Shown one piece after another: positions 29,787 to 39,243 of a stretch of 49,471 nt of DNA. Each line of letters opens with the position of its first letter. The first letter of the stretch is position 1. Source of the stretch: Pseudomonadota bacterium (GTDB lineage Bacteria; Desulfobacterota; Desulfobacteria; Desulfobacterales; JBDRRP01); assembly GCA_043825735.1 (NCBI GenBank), contig JBDRRP010000004.1, forward strand, positions 62,001 to 111,471. Direction: 5' to 3'. The position numbers and the translations under genes are program-made. The notes beneath the pieces were generated by a model. The model was given only the letters and a program-made list of their open reading frames with translations. It did not search any database and was not told the DNA's origin.

Positions 29787-31220
29787 ATGGCACTCGAGTT
29801 AAGACAACAACTGAAACTGACCCAGCAGCTCATCATGACGCCGCAGTTGCAGATGGCGATCAAGCTGCTCCAGTTGTCACGCCTTGAGCTCATGGACACC
29901 ATCACCCAGGAACTCCAGGAAAACCCGGCCCTTGAAGAAGGACTCGACAGCACCAGCGACGACGGCTCGGCTGAAATGGCTGAGCCCGTCAATGTCGAAG
30001 TCGACCGGATGAGCGAAATAACCATCGAGGAGAAGATCCCCAGCGAGGTCGACTGGAGCAACTATCTCGATGAGTACAGCTCTCCGGGGCGCGTCACTTA
30101 CGAGACGGAACGGCGCGAAACCCCGGGGTTCGAGCCCTTTCTGGCCCATAAGGACAACCTCCAGGATCATCTCCTGTGGCAGCTGCTCATGAGCCGCCCG
30201 TCCGCCGAGGAAGAACGGCTCGGCAGCCTCATCGCCGGCAACCTCAACCGGGACGGGTACCTGGTGACCGACGTGGCGGACATCGCCCGGATGGGGGAGG
30301 CCACCATCGATGACGTGGAAGACATCCTCTTTCTGATGCAGAGCTTTGACCCTGTCGGCGTGTGCGCCCGCGATCTGAAGGAATGTCTCCAGATCCAGGC
30401 CCACCATCTCCATCTGGACAATTCCATCGTCACACAGATCATCGACGAGCATCTGGGCAACCTGGAAAACAGGAACTACAAGGCCATCTGCCGCGCCCTG
30501 AAGATCACCCTCGACGACGTGCGCGCCGCCGTTCGGATCATCCAGGCGTTGGAGCCGCGCCCGGGGCGGGAGTTCAACACCGAAGAGCCGCAGTACATCA
30601 CCCCAGACATCTATGTCTACAAACTCGGCGACGAGTTCATCATCGTGATCAATGACGATGGCATGCCCAAACTGCGGGTCAACTCCTACTATCGAAACGC
30701 CATCCGCCGGGGAGAGACCATCGACGGCGAGGCACGGGACTATGTCCAGGAGAAAATGCGCTCCGCCGCCTGGCTCATACGAAGCATCCACCAGCGCCAG
30801 AAGACCATATACCGGGTTATGGAGAGCATCCTCAAATATCAGCGCGACTTCTTCGAAGATGGCATCGCCCACCTGAAACCGATGGTGCTCAGGGACGTGG
30901 CCGAAGACATCGGTATGCACGAGTCGACTATCAGCCGCGTCACCACCAACAAATATGTGCACACCCCCCAAGGCATCTTCGAGCTGAAATACTTTTTCAA
31001 CAGCTCCATCCAGCGGGTTCACGGGGAGGCGATCGCCTCGGCAAGCGTCATGAACAAGATCAAGAAGCTGATCGCCAGCGAAACCGCCCTCAAGCCGTAC
31101 AGTGATGAAAAAATCGCACAACTGCTCAAAAACGACAATGTCGACATCGCCCGTCGCACGGTGGCAAAATACCGTGAAATCATGAGAATCCTGCCCTCCA
31201 ACAAGCGCAAGGAAATCTGA
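29787..31220 (+). CDS. rpoN: RNA polymerase sigma-54 factor
   Basis: Gln-rich region I, HESTISRVT, RpoN box ARRTVAKYRE. Confidence 0.98.
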   Translation: MALELRQQLKLTQQLIMTPQLQMAIKLLQLSRLELMDTITQELQENPALEEGLDSTSDDGSAEMAEPVNVEVDRMSEITIEEKIPSEVDWSNYLDEYSSPGRVTYETERRETPGFEPFLAHKDNLQDHLLWQLLMSRPSAEEERLGSLIAGNLNRDGYLVTDVADIARMGEATIDDVEDILFLMQSFDPVGVCARDLKECLQIQAHHLHLDNSIVTQIIDEHLGNLENRNYKAICRALKITLDDVRAAVRIIQALEPRPGREFNTEEPQYITPDIYVYKLGDEFIIVINDDGMPKLRVNSYYRNAIRRGETIDGEARDYVQEKMRSAAWLIRSIHQRQKTIYRVMESILKYQRDFFEDGIAHLKPMVLRDVAEDIGMHESTISRVTTNKYVHTPQGIFELKYFFNSSIQRVHGEAIASASVMNKIKKLIASETALKPYSDEKIAQLLKNDNVDIARRTVAKYREIMRILPSNKRKEI

Positions 31221-31230
31221 GGTGGCCGCC

Positions 31231-31761
31231 ATGCAGATATCGGTGACATTTAAAAACATCGAGGCTTCCGATCCCCTGAAAACCTATGTGTCGGAAAAAC
31301 TCACAAAATTCGACCGGTACCTGCACAACCCGGCGGATGCCAACGTGGTGCTGTCGGTGGAAAAACACCGCCATCTTGCCGAGATCACCATCGTGGGCGA
31401 CCGGATGGCCCTCAAGGGGGCCGAAGAAACCGACGACATGTACGCGGCTATCGACATGGTCCTGGATAAGCTGGAAAAACAGATCAAAAAGGGCAAGGCC
31501 AAACAACGGGAAAGGCGCGGCGCCGCCGTACGCAGCAACACCGCCGTCACCGGAACGCACGGCGCCGCTGCACCCGATGCCCTGCCCCAGGTGCACCTGG
31601 AGCATATCGAATACAAGCCCATGGACGATGAGGAAGCCGTCCTCCAGATGGATCTCATCGACAAGCCCTTTCTGGTCTTCACCAACGCCCGCACCGGTCT
31701 TGTCAATGTGCTTTATCGCCGCTCGGACGGCGACTATGGGCTCATTCAGCCGAGGGGTTGA
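31231..31761 (+). CDS. hpf: Ribosome hibernation promoting factor (long HPF)
   Basis: DMYAAID...DKLEKQI; C-terminal KPM..EEA..QM...F.VF.N....VNVLYRR.DG.YGLI. Confidence 0.93.
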   Translation: MQISVTFKNIEASDPLKTYVSEKLTKFDRYLHNPADANVVLSVEKHRHLAEITIVGDRMALKGAEETDDMYAAIDMVLDKLEKQIKKGKAKQRERRGAAVRSNTAVTGTHGAAAPDALPQVHLEHIEYKPMDDEEAVLQMDLIDKPFLVFTNARTGLVNVLYRRSDGDYGLIQPRG

Positions 31762-31794
31762 CCCCGGCAGTGTTTCCGCCGTAAATTGGATGTC

Positions 31795-32253
31795 ATGAAA
31801 ATTAGTGACGTATTACATAAAGACAGCATCCTTTCCAGCATCGCTGCAGCGGACAAAAAGGGCGTTCTCGAAGAATTGAGCGCACCGGTGGCCCGTCTTG
31901 CCGGAATCCCGCCCGATGAGTTGGTACGCATCCTGCTGGAGCGCGAGCGGCTGGGCAGTACCGGCATCGGCGGCGGCATCGGCATCCCCCACGGCAAGCT
32001 CAAGAGCATCGACAAACTGGTGCTCGGCTTCGGCCTCAGCCGGCGGGGCGTGTCTTTCGATTCCATCGACGGCAAACCGACTCACATCTTTTTTCTGCTC
32101 ATCACTCCGGAGAGCTCCACCGGGCTGCACCTCAAGCTGCTGGCGCGCATCTCGCGGGTGCTCAAAAACGAGCCCTTCAAAGCTAAACTGATGGCCGCCG
32201 AAAACGTGAATGAGATTTATGCCATCATCACCGAAGAAGATGAAGAGTTCTAA
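31795..32253 (+). CDS. ptsN: PTS EIIA-Ntr
   Basis: RERLGSTGIGGGIGIPHG, HLKLLA; rpoN operon context. Confidence 0.93.
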   Translation: MKISDVLHKDSILSSIAAADKKGVLEELSAPVARLAGIPPDELVRILLERERLGSTGIGGGIGIPHGKLKSIDKLVLGFGLSRRGVSFDSIDGKPTHIFFLLITPESSTGLHLKLLARISRVLKNEPFKAKLMAAENVNEIYAIITEEDEEF

Positions 32254-32256
32254 CCG

Positions 32257-32399
32257 GCTCTTGAAAAACAAGCATCATGCCCTCAGCCATGGACGCGGCC
32301 AACTGGACAACCGCAGGCGTAGCGGCGCTGCGTCGCGGATTGGCCAGAGTCCCGCCATGGCGGGACGGATCAGTGCGTTAGGCGTCGTTTTTCAACAGC
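32257..32399. repeat. MITE/REP-like element
   Basis: 13-bp inverted ends GCTCTTGAAAAAC / GTTTTTCAACAGC; internal perfect palindrome GTCCCGCCATGGCGGGAC (32349-32366). Confidence 0.7.
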
Positions 32400-32531
32400 T
32401 TGATAGATCCCGGCAGCGGCCAGAAGGCCTTGCATGCCGGTCCATCAACCCCGATACGCCCTTCTCTCCGCACCACCGGACACAGTGACCTGTCTCCGGC
32501 GAGGGACGCCGGCAAGGGCAGGCAACCGACC

Positions 32532-33404
32532 GTGAAAGACAAAAAGATTTTCATCATCACCGGCCAGTCCGGATCTGGAAAGAGCACCGCCATGCGTGCC
32601 TTCGAAGACTGCGGATACTACTGCGTGGACAATATGCCCGTGGCCCTGCTGCCCAAATTTCTCCAGCTTCCCATGGCCGATGCCCCCGAGATGCCCGGAC
32701 TGGCATTCGTGATGGATATCCGGGAAAAACAGTTTCTCACCAGCTACAAGCGGGTGTTCAACGCGCTGCGCGCCAAGGGCTATCAGTTCAGCATCCTGTT
32801 TCTGGAGGCCGGCGAAGAAATCCTGATTCAGCGCTTCAGCGAAACCCGGCGCCACCACCCCCTGAGCGAAGGCGTGCCGGCCGCCACGCTGGAGGCCGCG
32901 ATCCGGGAGGAAAAACTGCAGCTCTCCGATCTGAGAGCCGCCGCCAACGAGACCGTCGATACCACCAACTGTAACGTGCATCGGCTCAAGGCCATCATCC
33001 GTGACATTATCAGAGACGCGCCGGAGCCCATGCCCCTGCGCATTCATGTGCGCTCTTTCGGTTTCAAGTACGGCATTCCAAAGGACGCCGACCTCATCGT
33101 GGACGTGCGTTTTTTACCCAATCCGCATTTCGATCCCGAACTGAGGCCGCTCACCGGACTTGACGAAGCCGTCGCCGCGTTTATTTTAGACCACGCGGAA
33201 ACGCGGGAGTTTATACGCAGGTACACCGACCTGCTTGACTATTTGATCCCGTTATATGAAAAAGAAGGCAAAACGTACCTGACCATCGCGATCGGATGCA
33301 CCGGTGGACGCCACCGGTCGGTGGCCATCGCCGGCGCGATTTTTCACCACATCCGGAAACCCGGAAAATCAGTGGACATCACTCACCGCGATATCGGCCA
33401 GTAG
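32532..33404 (+). CDS. rapZ: RNase adapter RapZ (YhbJ) P-loop protein
   Basis: ITGQSGSGKS, CVDN.P, RFSETRR.HPL, SFGFKYG, DVRFLPNP, GCTGGRHRSV; GTG start inferred. Confidence 0.95.
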   Translation: MKDKKIFIITGQSGSGKSTAMRAFEDCGYYCVDNMPVALLPKFLQLPMADAPEMPGLAFVMDIREKQFLTSYKRVFNALRAKGYQFSILFLEAGEEILIQRFSETRRHHPLSEGVPAATLEAAIREEKLQLSDLRAAANETVDTTNCNVHRLKAIIRDIIRDAPEPMPLRIHVRSFGFKYGIPKDADLIVDVRFLPNPHFDPELRPLTGLDEAVAAFILDHAETREFIRRYTDLLDYLIPLYEKEGKTYLTIAIGCTGGRHRSVAIAGAIFHHIRKPGKSVDITHRDIGQ

Positions 33405-33441
33405 CCAGGCCCGGTGGTGTTTCTGACTACTAAGGACTCTC

Positions 33442-33861
33442 ATGATCGGCATTATCATCGTCACACACCGAAAGCTCGGAGACGCCCTCGTCGACGCCGC
33501 CCAGTTCGTATTGGGCGAGAGCCCCGCAGGCATCTCTGCGGTATCGATCGACCTCACTGAAAACGCGGATGTCCTGCGCAAAAAAATCGAGACCGCCATC
33601 TCGGCGGTAGGCACTGCCGACGGGGTTCTGATCCTCACGGACATGTTCGGCGGCTCACCGTCCAATTTGAGCTACTCTTTCCTCGAAGAAGGTCGCGTCG
33701 AAGTCATCTCCGGTGTCAACCTGCCCATCCTCATCAAGGCCATCAACACCCGCGAAAAGGAACCCCTCGAGAAACTGGCCGCGACACTGGAACAATACGG
33801 AAAAAAGAGCATTTCCCTGGCCAGCGGGATACTGAAAGGCAACAAACGGGGATCGGCTTGA
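33442..33861 (+). CDS. PTS EIIA, mannose/fructose family
   Basis: MIGIIIVTH, LTDMFGGSPSN, GVNLP. Confidence 0.92.
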   Translation: MIGIIIVTHRKLGDALVDAAQFVLGESPAGISAVSIDLTENADVLRKKIETAISAVGTADGVLILTDMFGGSPSNLSYSFLEEGRVEVISGVNLPILIKAINTREKEPLEKLAATLEQYGKKSISLASGILKGNKRGSA

Positions 33862-33944
33862 CCCCCCGCGCGGTCCTTCCCTGACAGGAGGCCTGTACGC
33901 GCCCCATCGCCGAGAAAACGCAATGACCGTCGACGCAGCGGTTG

Positions 33945-33961
33945 TCGGCGTCATGATTGCT
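33945..33961 (+). promoter_or_regulatory. Possible sigma-54 (-24/-12) promoter of gap
   Basis: TCGGCGTCATGATTGCT: GG-N10-GC with TTGCT; departs from the TGGCAC consensus. Confidence 0.4.
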
Positions 33962-33992
33962 ATTTCAATGCATACCGCACGAAGGAGGCATT

Positions 33993-34997
33993 ATGAGCAT
34001 TCGTTTGGGTATCAACGGGTTTGGCAGAATCGGCCGCATGGTGTTCAGGGCGGCCATGGCACGCAGCGACATCACCGTGGTGGCAATCAATGACCTCACC
34101 GATGCCGCCACCATCGCACATCTTCTCAAATACGACTCCGTCCACGGACAGTTGGCCGATGTGATCACGGCCACGCCCGACGCCCTGAGCGTCGGCAATC
34201 AGCGGGTGGCCATTTCCTCGGCAAAAGACCCGGCCGCACTGCCCTGGAAAGAGCACGATGTGGACATCGTGGCCGAGTGCACCGGACTGTTTCGGGACCG
34301 CGAGAGCGCGGGCAAACATCTGGCCGCCGGCGCGCGCAAGGTGATCATTTCGGCCCCGGCCAAAGACCCGGACGCCACCATCGTCATGGGTGTCAATCAC
34401 ACCCACTACGATCCCAAGAACCACCACGTGATCTCCAACGCCTCGTGCACCACCAACTGTCTGGCACCGGTTGCCAAAGTGCTCCTGGAAAATTTCGGTA
34501 TCAAATGCGGGCTCATGACCACCGTGCATTCCTACACCGGTGACCAGCGCCTGCTGGATTTCCCGCACAAGGACCTGCGCCGGGCTCGGGCCGCCGCGCT
34601 GTCCATGATCCCCACCACCACCGGTGCAGCCAAGGCCGTAGCCCTGGTGCTGCCCGAGCTCACCGGCAAGCTCAACGGCCTGGCCATCCGGGTGCCCACC
34701 CCCAATGTCTCCATTGTCGACCTGGTGGTTACCGTGGACAAGCCCGGCATTCAAGTCTCCGAGGTCAACGCGGCTCTGAAAGAAGCCGCCGAAGGCGCTC
34801 TCGCCGGCATTCTCGGCTACAGTGAAGCGCCGCTGGTTTCCAGCGATTTCAACGGTTGCCCGCTGTCATCCATCGTCGACGCGCCCACCACCTACGTCAT
34901 CGACAACATGGTGAAGGTGCTTTCCTGGTACGACAACGAAGTGGGCTACTCAAGCCGCATGGTGGACCTTGCCGTCATGGTGGGATCCCAGATGTAA
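33993..34997 (+). CDS. gap: Glyceraldehyde-3-phosphate dehydrogenase type I
   Basis: GINGFGRIGR, SNASCTTNCLAP, IPTTTGAAKA, WYDNE; AGGAGG RBS. Confidence 0.98.
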   Translation: MSIRLGINGFGRIGRMVFRAAMARSDITVVAINDLTDAATIAHLLKYDSVHGQLADVITATPDALSVGNQRVAISSAKDPAALPWKEHDVDIVAECTGLFRDRESAGKHLAAGARKVIISAPAKDPDATIVMGVNHTHYDPKNHHVISNASCTTNCLAPVAKVLLENFGIKCGLMTTVHSYTGDQRLLDFPHKDLRRARAAALSMIPTTTGAAKAVALVLPELTGKLNGLAIRVPTPNVSIVDLVVTVDKPGIQVSEVNAALKEAAEGALAGILGYSEAPLVSSDFNGCPLSSIVDAPTTYVIDNMVKVLSWYDNEVGYSSRMVDLAVMVGSQM

Positions 34998-35131
34998 TGG
35001 TGCCGTAAAAAAGTGTTTTTGGACCGCAGAGATCGCAGAGGACCACGGAGAATGTTATGGATTATTAAGGATTTATCTCTGCGCTCGCTGCGTCCTCTGT
35101 GGTGATTTCTGATTTTATACGAAGCCATCAA
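34997..35131. repeat. Palindromic intergenic element, copy 3
   Basis: ATGGTGCCGTAAAAAAG / TTTTATACGAAGCCATC outer arms; ACCGCAGAG..CGCAGAG / CTCTGCG..CTCTGTGGT inner arms; right end (reverse complement) matches 671-707 at 31/37 nt. Confidence 0.8.
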
Positions 35132-35149
35132 ATATAGGGGGCTACGATA

Positions 35150-35899
35150 ATGCGCACACCGCTCATTGCCGGCAACTGGAAAATGTACAAAACCGAGGCA
35201 GACGCCGTTGACACGGTGCGGCGCCTGGCCGCGGCCGTGTCCGAGGTCACCACCGTGGAGGTCATGGTGGCGCCGCCCTTCACGGCCCTGTCGGCCGTGG
35301 CCCGCGAAACCCACGGCACAGTGGTCCGTCTGGGGGCCCAGAATCTCTTCTGGGAGTCCGAAGGGGCCTTTACCGGGGAAATCGCTCCGGGCATGCTCAC
35401 GGCCCTTGGCTGCACCTACGTGATCGTGGGCCACTCCGAGCGCAGGCAGTACTTCGGCGAGACCGATGAAACCGTCAACCGGCGCATCAAGGCTGCCCTT
35501 GCGGCCGGTTTGATTCCTGTTTTCTGTGTCGGAGAAACCGCGGCCCAGCGCGACGGCGGGGAAACATTTTCTGTTCTTGACAAGCAGGTCGAAATCGGGC
35601 TACAAGGCGTGTCTTTGAAAAAACCCGGCGATTTGGTCGTAGCTTACGAGCCGGTGTGGGCCATCGGTACCGGAAAGACGGCCACCAGCCAGCAGGCTCA
35701 GGATGTTCACCGGCATTTGCGAGACCAACTGGCCCAGCGGCTCGCGCCGAAAACCGCTGAAGGGATCCGCATCCTTTACGGTGGCAGTGTCAAACCGGGC
35801 AATGTCACTGAACTGATGGCCATGCCGGACATTGACGGCGCCCTGGTGGGCGGTGCCAGCCTGGATGCCGACACCTTCAGCCAGATCGTCCGATTCTGA
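35150..35899 (+). CDS. tpiA: Triosephosphate isomerase
   Basis: AGNWKM, GHSERR, AYEPVWAIGTG, LYGGSV, LVGGASL. Confidence 0.98.
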   Translation: MRTPLIAGNWKMYKTEADAVDTVRRLAAAVSEVTTVEVMVAPPFTALSAVARETHGTVVRLGAQNLFWESEGAFTGEIAPGMLTALGCTYVIVGHSERRQYFGETDETVNRRIKAALAAGLIPVFCVGETAAQRDGGETFSVLDKQVEIGLQGVSLKKPGDLVVAYEPVWAIGTGKTATSQQAQDVHRHLRDQLAQRLAPKTAEGIRILYGGSVKPGNVTELMAMPDIDGALVGGASLDADTFSQIVRF

Positions 35900-35911
35900 T
35901 AGGGACACATT

Positions 35912-36247
35912 ATGTCGATTGTACTGACTACGCTTCACGTCGTCGTTTGTATCGCACTGATCCTGATCGTCTTGCTCCAGACAGGCAAAGGCGCTGACAT
36001 GGGCGCGGCCTTTGGTGCGGGCTCCAGCTCGACGCTGTTTGGCTCTACCGGCGCCTCCACGTTTTTAAGCAAAATGACCACCGTTGCTGCGGTGATCTTC
36101 ATGCTGACGTCGCTGAGCCTGGCCTACTTTTCCGGGAACCCGTCTGGCGGCAAGTCGATCATGATGGAAGAAAAAGCGCCCGTTTCGCAGCCGGCCACAC
36201 CGCCGCCTGCGACAACGGAGTCCGGGACCCCCTCAAAGAGCCAATAA
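35912..36247 (+). CDS. secG: Preprotein translocase subunit SecG
   Basis: LIVLLQ.GKGADMGAAFG, FLSKMT; conserved tpiA-secG-tRNA-Leu synteny. Confidence 0.95.
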   Translation: MSIVLTTLHVVVCIALILIVLLQTGKGADMGAAFGAGSSSTLFGSTGASTFLSKMTTVAAVIFMLTSLSLAYFSGNPSGGKSIMMEEKAPVSQPATPPPATTESGTPSKSQ

Positions 36248-36270
36248 TATCCCGGCTGCCAACGATTGTT

Positions 36271-36357
36271 GCCGAAGTGGTGGAATTTGGTAGACACGCA
36301 GTGTTGAGGGCGCTGTGGGCGACGCCTGTGTCGGTTCGAGTCCGACCTTCGGCACCA
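36271..36357 (+). tRNA. tRNA-Leu(GAG)
   Basis: GCCGAAG/CTTCGGC acceptor stem, encoded CCA, anticodon arm CAGTG-TTGAGGG-CGCTG, long variable arm, GGTTCGAGTCC T-arm; 87 nt. Confidence 0.95.
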
Positions 36358-36360
36358 TAT

Positions 36361-36406
36361 AAAAACGAAAGCGGTCCCAGCATCAGCTGAGACCGCTTTC
36401 GTTTTT
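36361..36406. terminator. Bidirectional intrinsic terminator
   Basis: 21-bp stem with 1 mismatch, AAAAACGAAAGCGGTCCCAGC-ATCA-GCTGAGACCGCTTTCGTTTTT, with A and T tracts on both sides. Confidence 0.85.
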
Positions 36407-39100
36407 TCCATCATCCAGCACTTTTCTGATTTTTATAGAAAGCGCCATTAGGTTGAACGGCTTCTGGATAAATCCGTTACAGCCTCTTTTCATTATTTCT
36501 GCGGCGTGTCCGTCAATGGAATAGCCGCTGGAGAGAATTACCGGCATTTGAGGACAAATCTGCCGGATCTGATCGAAAGTGGCGCCCCCATCCATACCTG
36601 GTAAAACGAGATCCAAAACAACGATATCGATGGCATCTCCATTTCGGGTCACCGCCTCGACGGCATCCATGCCGCTGCGAGCCATCATGACGCGGTAACC
36701 CAACCTTTGCAGCATCGCATGGGTCACCTCCAGGATCATCTCTTCGTCATCGACCAATAGTATCGTCTCCGAGCCTTTCATCAGCCTGTCCTGGGTGGCT
36801 TTTTCTCCAAGAGCCCCCTTGTCTGCTTTCGGCAAATAGATGTGAAAAGCGCTGCCATGTCCGATTTCGCTATAGACATTCATCATGCCGCCATGGTTTT
36901 TAACGATCCCGTAGGCCGAGGCCAGCCCCAAACCGGTACCTCGCGTCTTGTCTTTGGTCGTGAAAAACGGATCGAAAATCCGTTTCTGAATGGCCCTTTC
37001 CATGCCAATGCCGGTGTCGGTTACGGAAACCCGGGCATAGCTTCCGGGTTCTATCCCGTGAGGTTCACAGTCCGATTTTTCCAGATCGACAAGTGATGTC
37101 TCCAGAAACAGCTCGCCACCCTCAGGCATTGCTTGCCACGCGTTGACAAAAAGGTTCAGGAAAACCTGCTCGATCTGCCGCTTGTCGGCTTCGATCACCA
37201 AAGAAGAACCATGCGTCTTGGTGAGAATCCGGAGCTCCTTTCTGGTTCTTCCGAACATATTGGCGCTGGTAACCAGGAGTTCATTGAGGTCGATAGGGTT
37301 GACCTCATATTTGCCCCCGCGTGCGATGCCCAACAGCTGTGTCGTCAAACTGGTTGCGCTTTGAATATGATCCTCGATGGCGCGGATATGTTCCGCATGG
37401 GAATCTGTGTCGCCCAAGTCCTCGGCCATCAGCGAAATCCTTCCCTGAATCCCCATTAGCAGGTTGTTGAAATCGTGTGCAATGCCACCGGCAAGCGTCC
37501 CCAGAGCTTCCATCCGCTGCGCCTGCTCGTAATGCGCCTGCATTGCCTTTTTCTGGCTGATGTCGGTCAGGTTGACGATCATGCCCGAGGGATCGCCGTC
37601 CGGTCCCTTCATTGCCGCAGCACTGATGAGAACGTCGATTGTGCGCCCATCCTTGGTATGGCGCTGTGTCTCGAAACTCGCTGTGACTTGGTTGTGATAC
37701 ACCTCACGGATGGCGCCTGAAGTGATAGATTGCTGGTCTGCCGGAACAAAAGGAATGCGATGTCCTTTCAATTCGTCCATGGTCCAGCCGAAAACATCTG
37801 TAAATGCAGGGTTTATGTATTGAGGAACGCCATTGGTGTCATACATTACCATCGGGTCCGGGCTGGCCATCAAAATAGCACGCAATTTTTCTTCACTTTC
37901 GCGCCGGGCTTCTTCGGCGAGTCTTCGATGGGTGATATCATTGACAACACCTTCGTAACGAATAACCTGACCCACATCGTCGAAATAAGCGCGGGTGCTG
38001 TTGGAAACCCATATTTCGGATCCATCCTTACATCGGGCCTTAAACTCTAGCCCGTCCACCTTTCCTTCCTTTTGAAGAATCTTCTGATAGCGGCGTCGAT
38101 CATCAAGGTTTACATAGTATTGTGCCCCAATATCGGTAATGATGGACAACAGTTCTTCAGGGGATTCATATCGAAGCATTTTGGCAAAGGCGGAATTTAC
38201 ACTGATAAAACGGCCTTCGGGTGTGCTCTGGAAAAAGCCAACGACAGAGTTTTCAAATATGTGGCGATACTTTTCTTCACTGTCCCGTAGTGCTTTTTCC
38301 GCAAGTATCCGCTCAGTTATGTCTTGGGATGTACCGAACAGGCCGATGATATCGCCGGCATCGTTGGTTCTGGGGTATGCCTTGGTGTGGACAAAATGGA
38401 TGCTTCCGTCAGGGAAAAAGACTTTCGCCACTTGGTTATAAGGAGTTCCTTCAAGAGCATTTTGTATATTGCGTTGATAGATTTCTTTGTCTTCCGGATG
38501 AAATACTTTTATAATGTCCTCCAACCGCGGCGGACCGAGCATCGGATTCAAACCAAAGTTTTCATACATCTGGCTGGACCACATCCGCTTTTCGGTCTTT
38601 TTGTCATAACTCCAATACCCAATACCCGCCATTTTTTGGGTGAGATCCATCGTTTCATATAAATCTTCAAGTTCCTTTTCGGCCTTTTTGCGCTCGGTTA
38701 TGTCGCGTGTGATCGCAATGATTTCATCAATTTCCCCGGTATTCGGATCACGCACGGTTTTGCTCGTCGTTTCAACCCAAATATATGGACCCGTTTTATG
38801 CCGGATCCGGTACGTAACGGCAGTCGCTACAGTTGCCTTAAGAATTTTCGCATGACTATCACTAATTTTTGGGCGATCATCGGGGTGAAAAAAGTCATAG
38901 GCGCTTTTGCCGATGAGTTCGTCGGAGGTGTATCCCAACAGGCTACGACATGCGGGAGAGGCATAAATGTAGATGCCATCGGGCTCATGCTTGCTGATCA
39001 TATCCATTGAATTCTCAGCAATCAATCGATAGTATTTTTCATCCTGCTGTAATTCAAGAACCTGTTTTTCCAGCTCTTTATAAGTAGGTTTTCTCGACAT
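36383..39100 (-). CDS. Multi-PAS hybrid histidine kinase (4 PAS, HisKA, HATPase, REC)
   Basis: Repeated PAS/PAC units (DITERK); LAGGIAHDFNNLL H-box; FDPFFTTK..GTGLGL; C-terminal receiver. Confidence 0.93.
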   Translation of the reverse strand: MSRKPTYKELEKQVLELQQDEKYYRLIAENSMDMISKHEPDGIYIYASPACRSLLGYTSDELIGKSAYDFFHPDDRPKISDSHAKILKATVATAVTYRIRHKTGPYIWVETTSKTVRDPNTGEIDEIIAITRDITERKKAEKELEDLYETMDLTQKMAGIGYWSYDKKTEKRMWSSQMYENFGLNPMLGPPRLEDIIKVFHPEDKEIYQRNIQNALEGTPYNQVAKVFFPDGSIHFVHTKAYPRTNDAGDIIGLFGTSQDITERILAEKALRDSEEKYRHIFENSVVGFFQSTPEGRFISVNSAFAKMLRYESPEELLSIITDIGAQYYVNLDDRRRYQKILQKEGKVDGLEFKARCKDGSEIWVSNSTRAYFDDVGQVIRYEGVVNDITHRRLAEEARRESEEKLRAILMASPDPMVMYDTNGVPQYINPAFTDVFGWTMDELKGHRIPFVPADQQSITSGAIREVYHNQVTASFETQRHTKDGRTIDVLISAAAMKGPDGDPSGMIVNLTDISQKKAMQAHYEQAQRMEALGTLAGGIAHDFNNLLMGIQGRISLMAEDLGDTDSHAEHIRAIEDHIQSATSLTTQLLGIARGGKYEVNPIDLNELLVTSANMFGRTRKELRILTKTHGSSLVIEADKRQIEQVFLNLFVNAWQAMPEGGELFLETSLVDLEKSDCEPHGIEPGSYARVSVTDTGIGMERAIQKRIFDPFFTTKDKTRGTGLGLASAYGIVKNHGGMMNVYSEIGHGSAFHIYLPKADKGALGEKATQDRLMKGSETILLVDDEEMILEVTHAMLQRLGYRVMMARSGMDAVEAVTRNGDAIDIVVLDLVLPGMDGGATFDQIRQICPQMPVILSSGYSIDGHAAEIMKRGCNGFIQKPFNLMALSIKIRKVLDDGKNESGLS

Positions 39101-39243
39101 GATTGTTCACTGATCTCAAGGGGGGTCGGTGTTGCGATCACTAGCATCTTTCCTGAAAACTGCATACCACTATCATGATTGATAACATTTCTGGCAGTTC
39201 AAAGTCGAGGCTTTGGGTTCCGAGAGGTCAGTTCAATGCCGCC

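Noticed and set aside
32400..32531. N-terminal extension of RapZ (likewise the extended starts of HAD 6334, recA 22839, gap 33957 and antitoxin 44432)
   Set aside because: Family similarity begins at downstream starts, most of which have a clear RBS.
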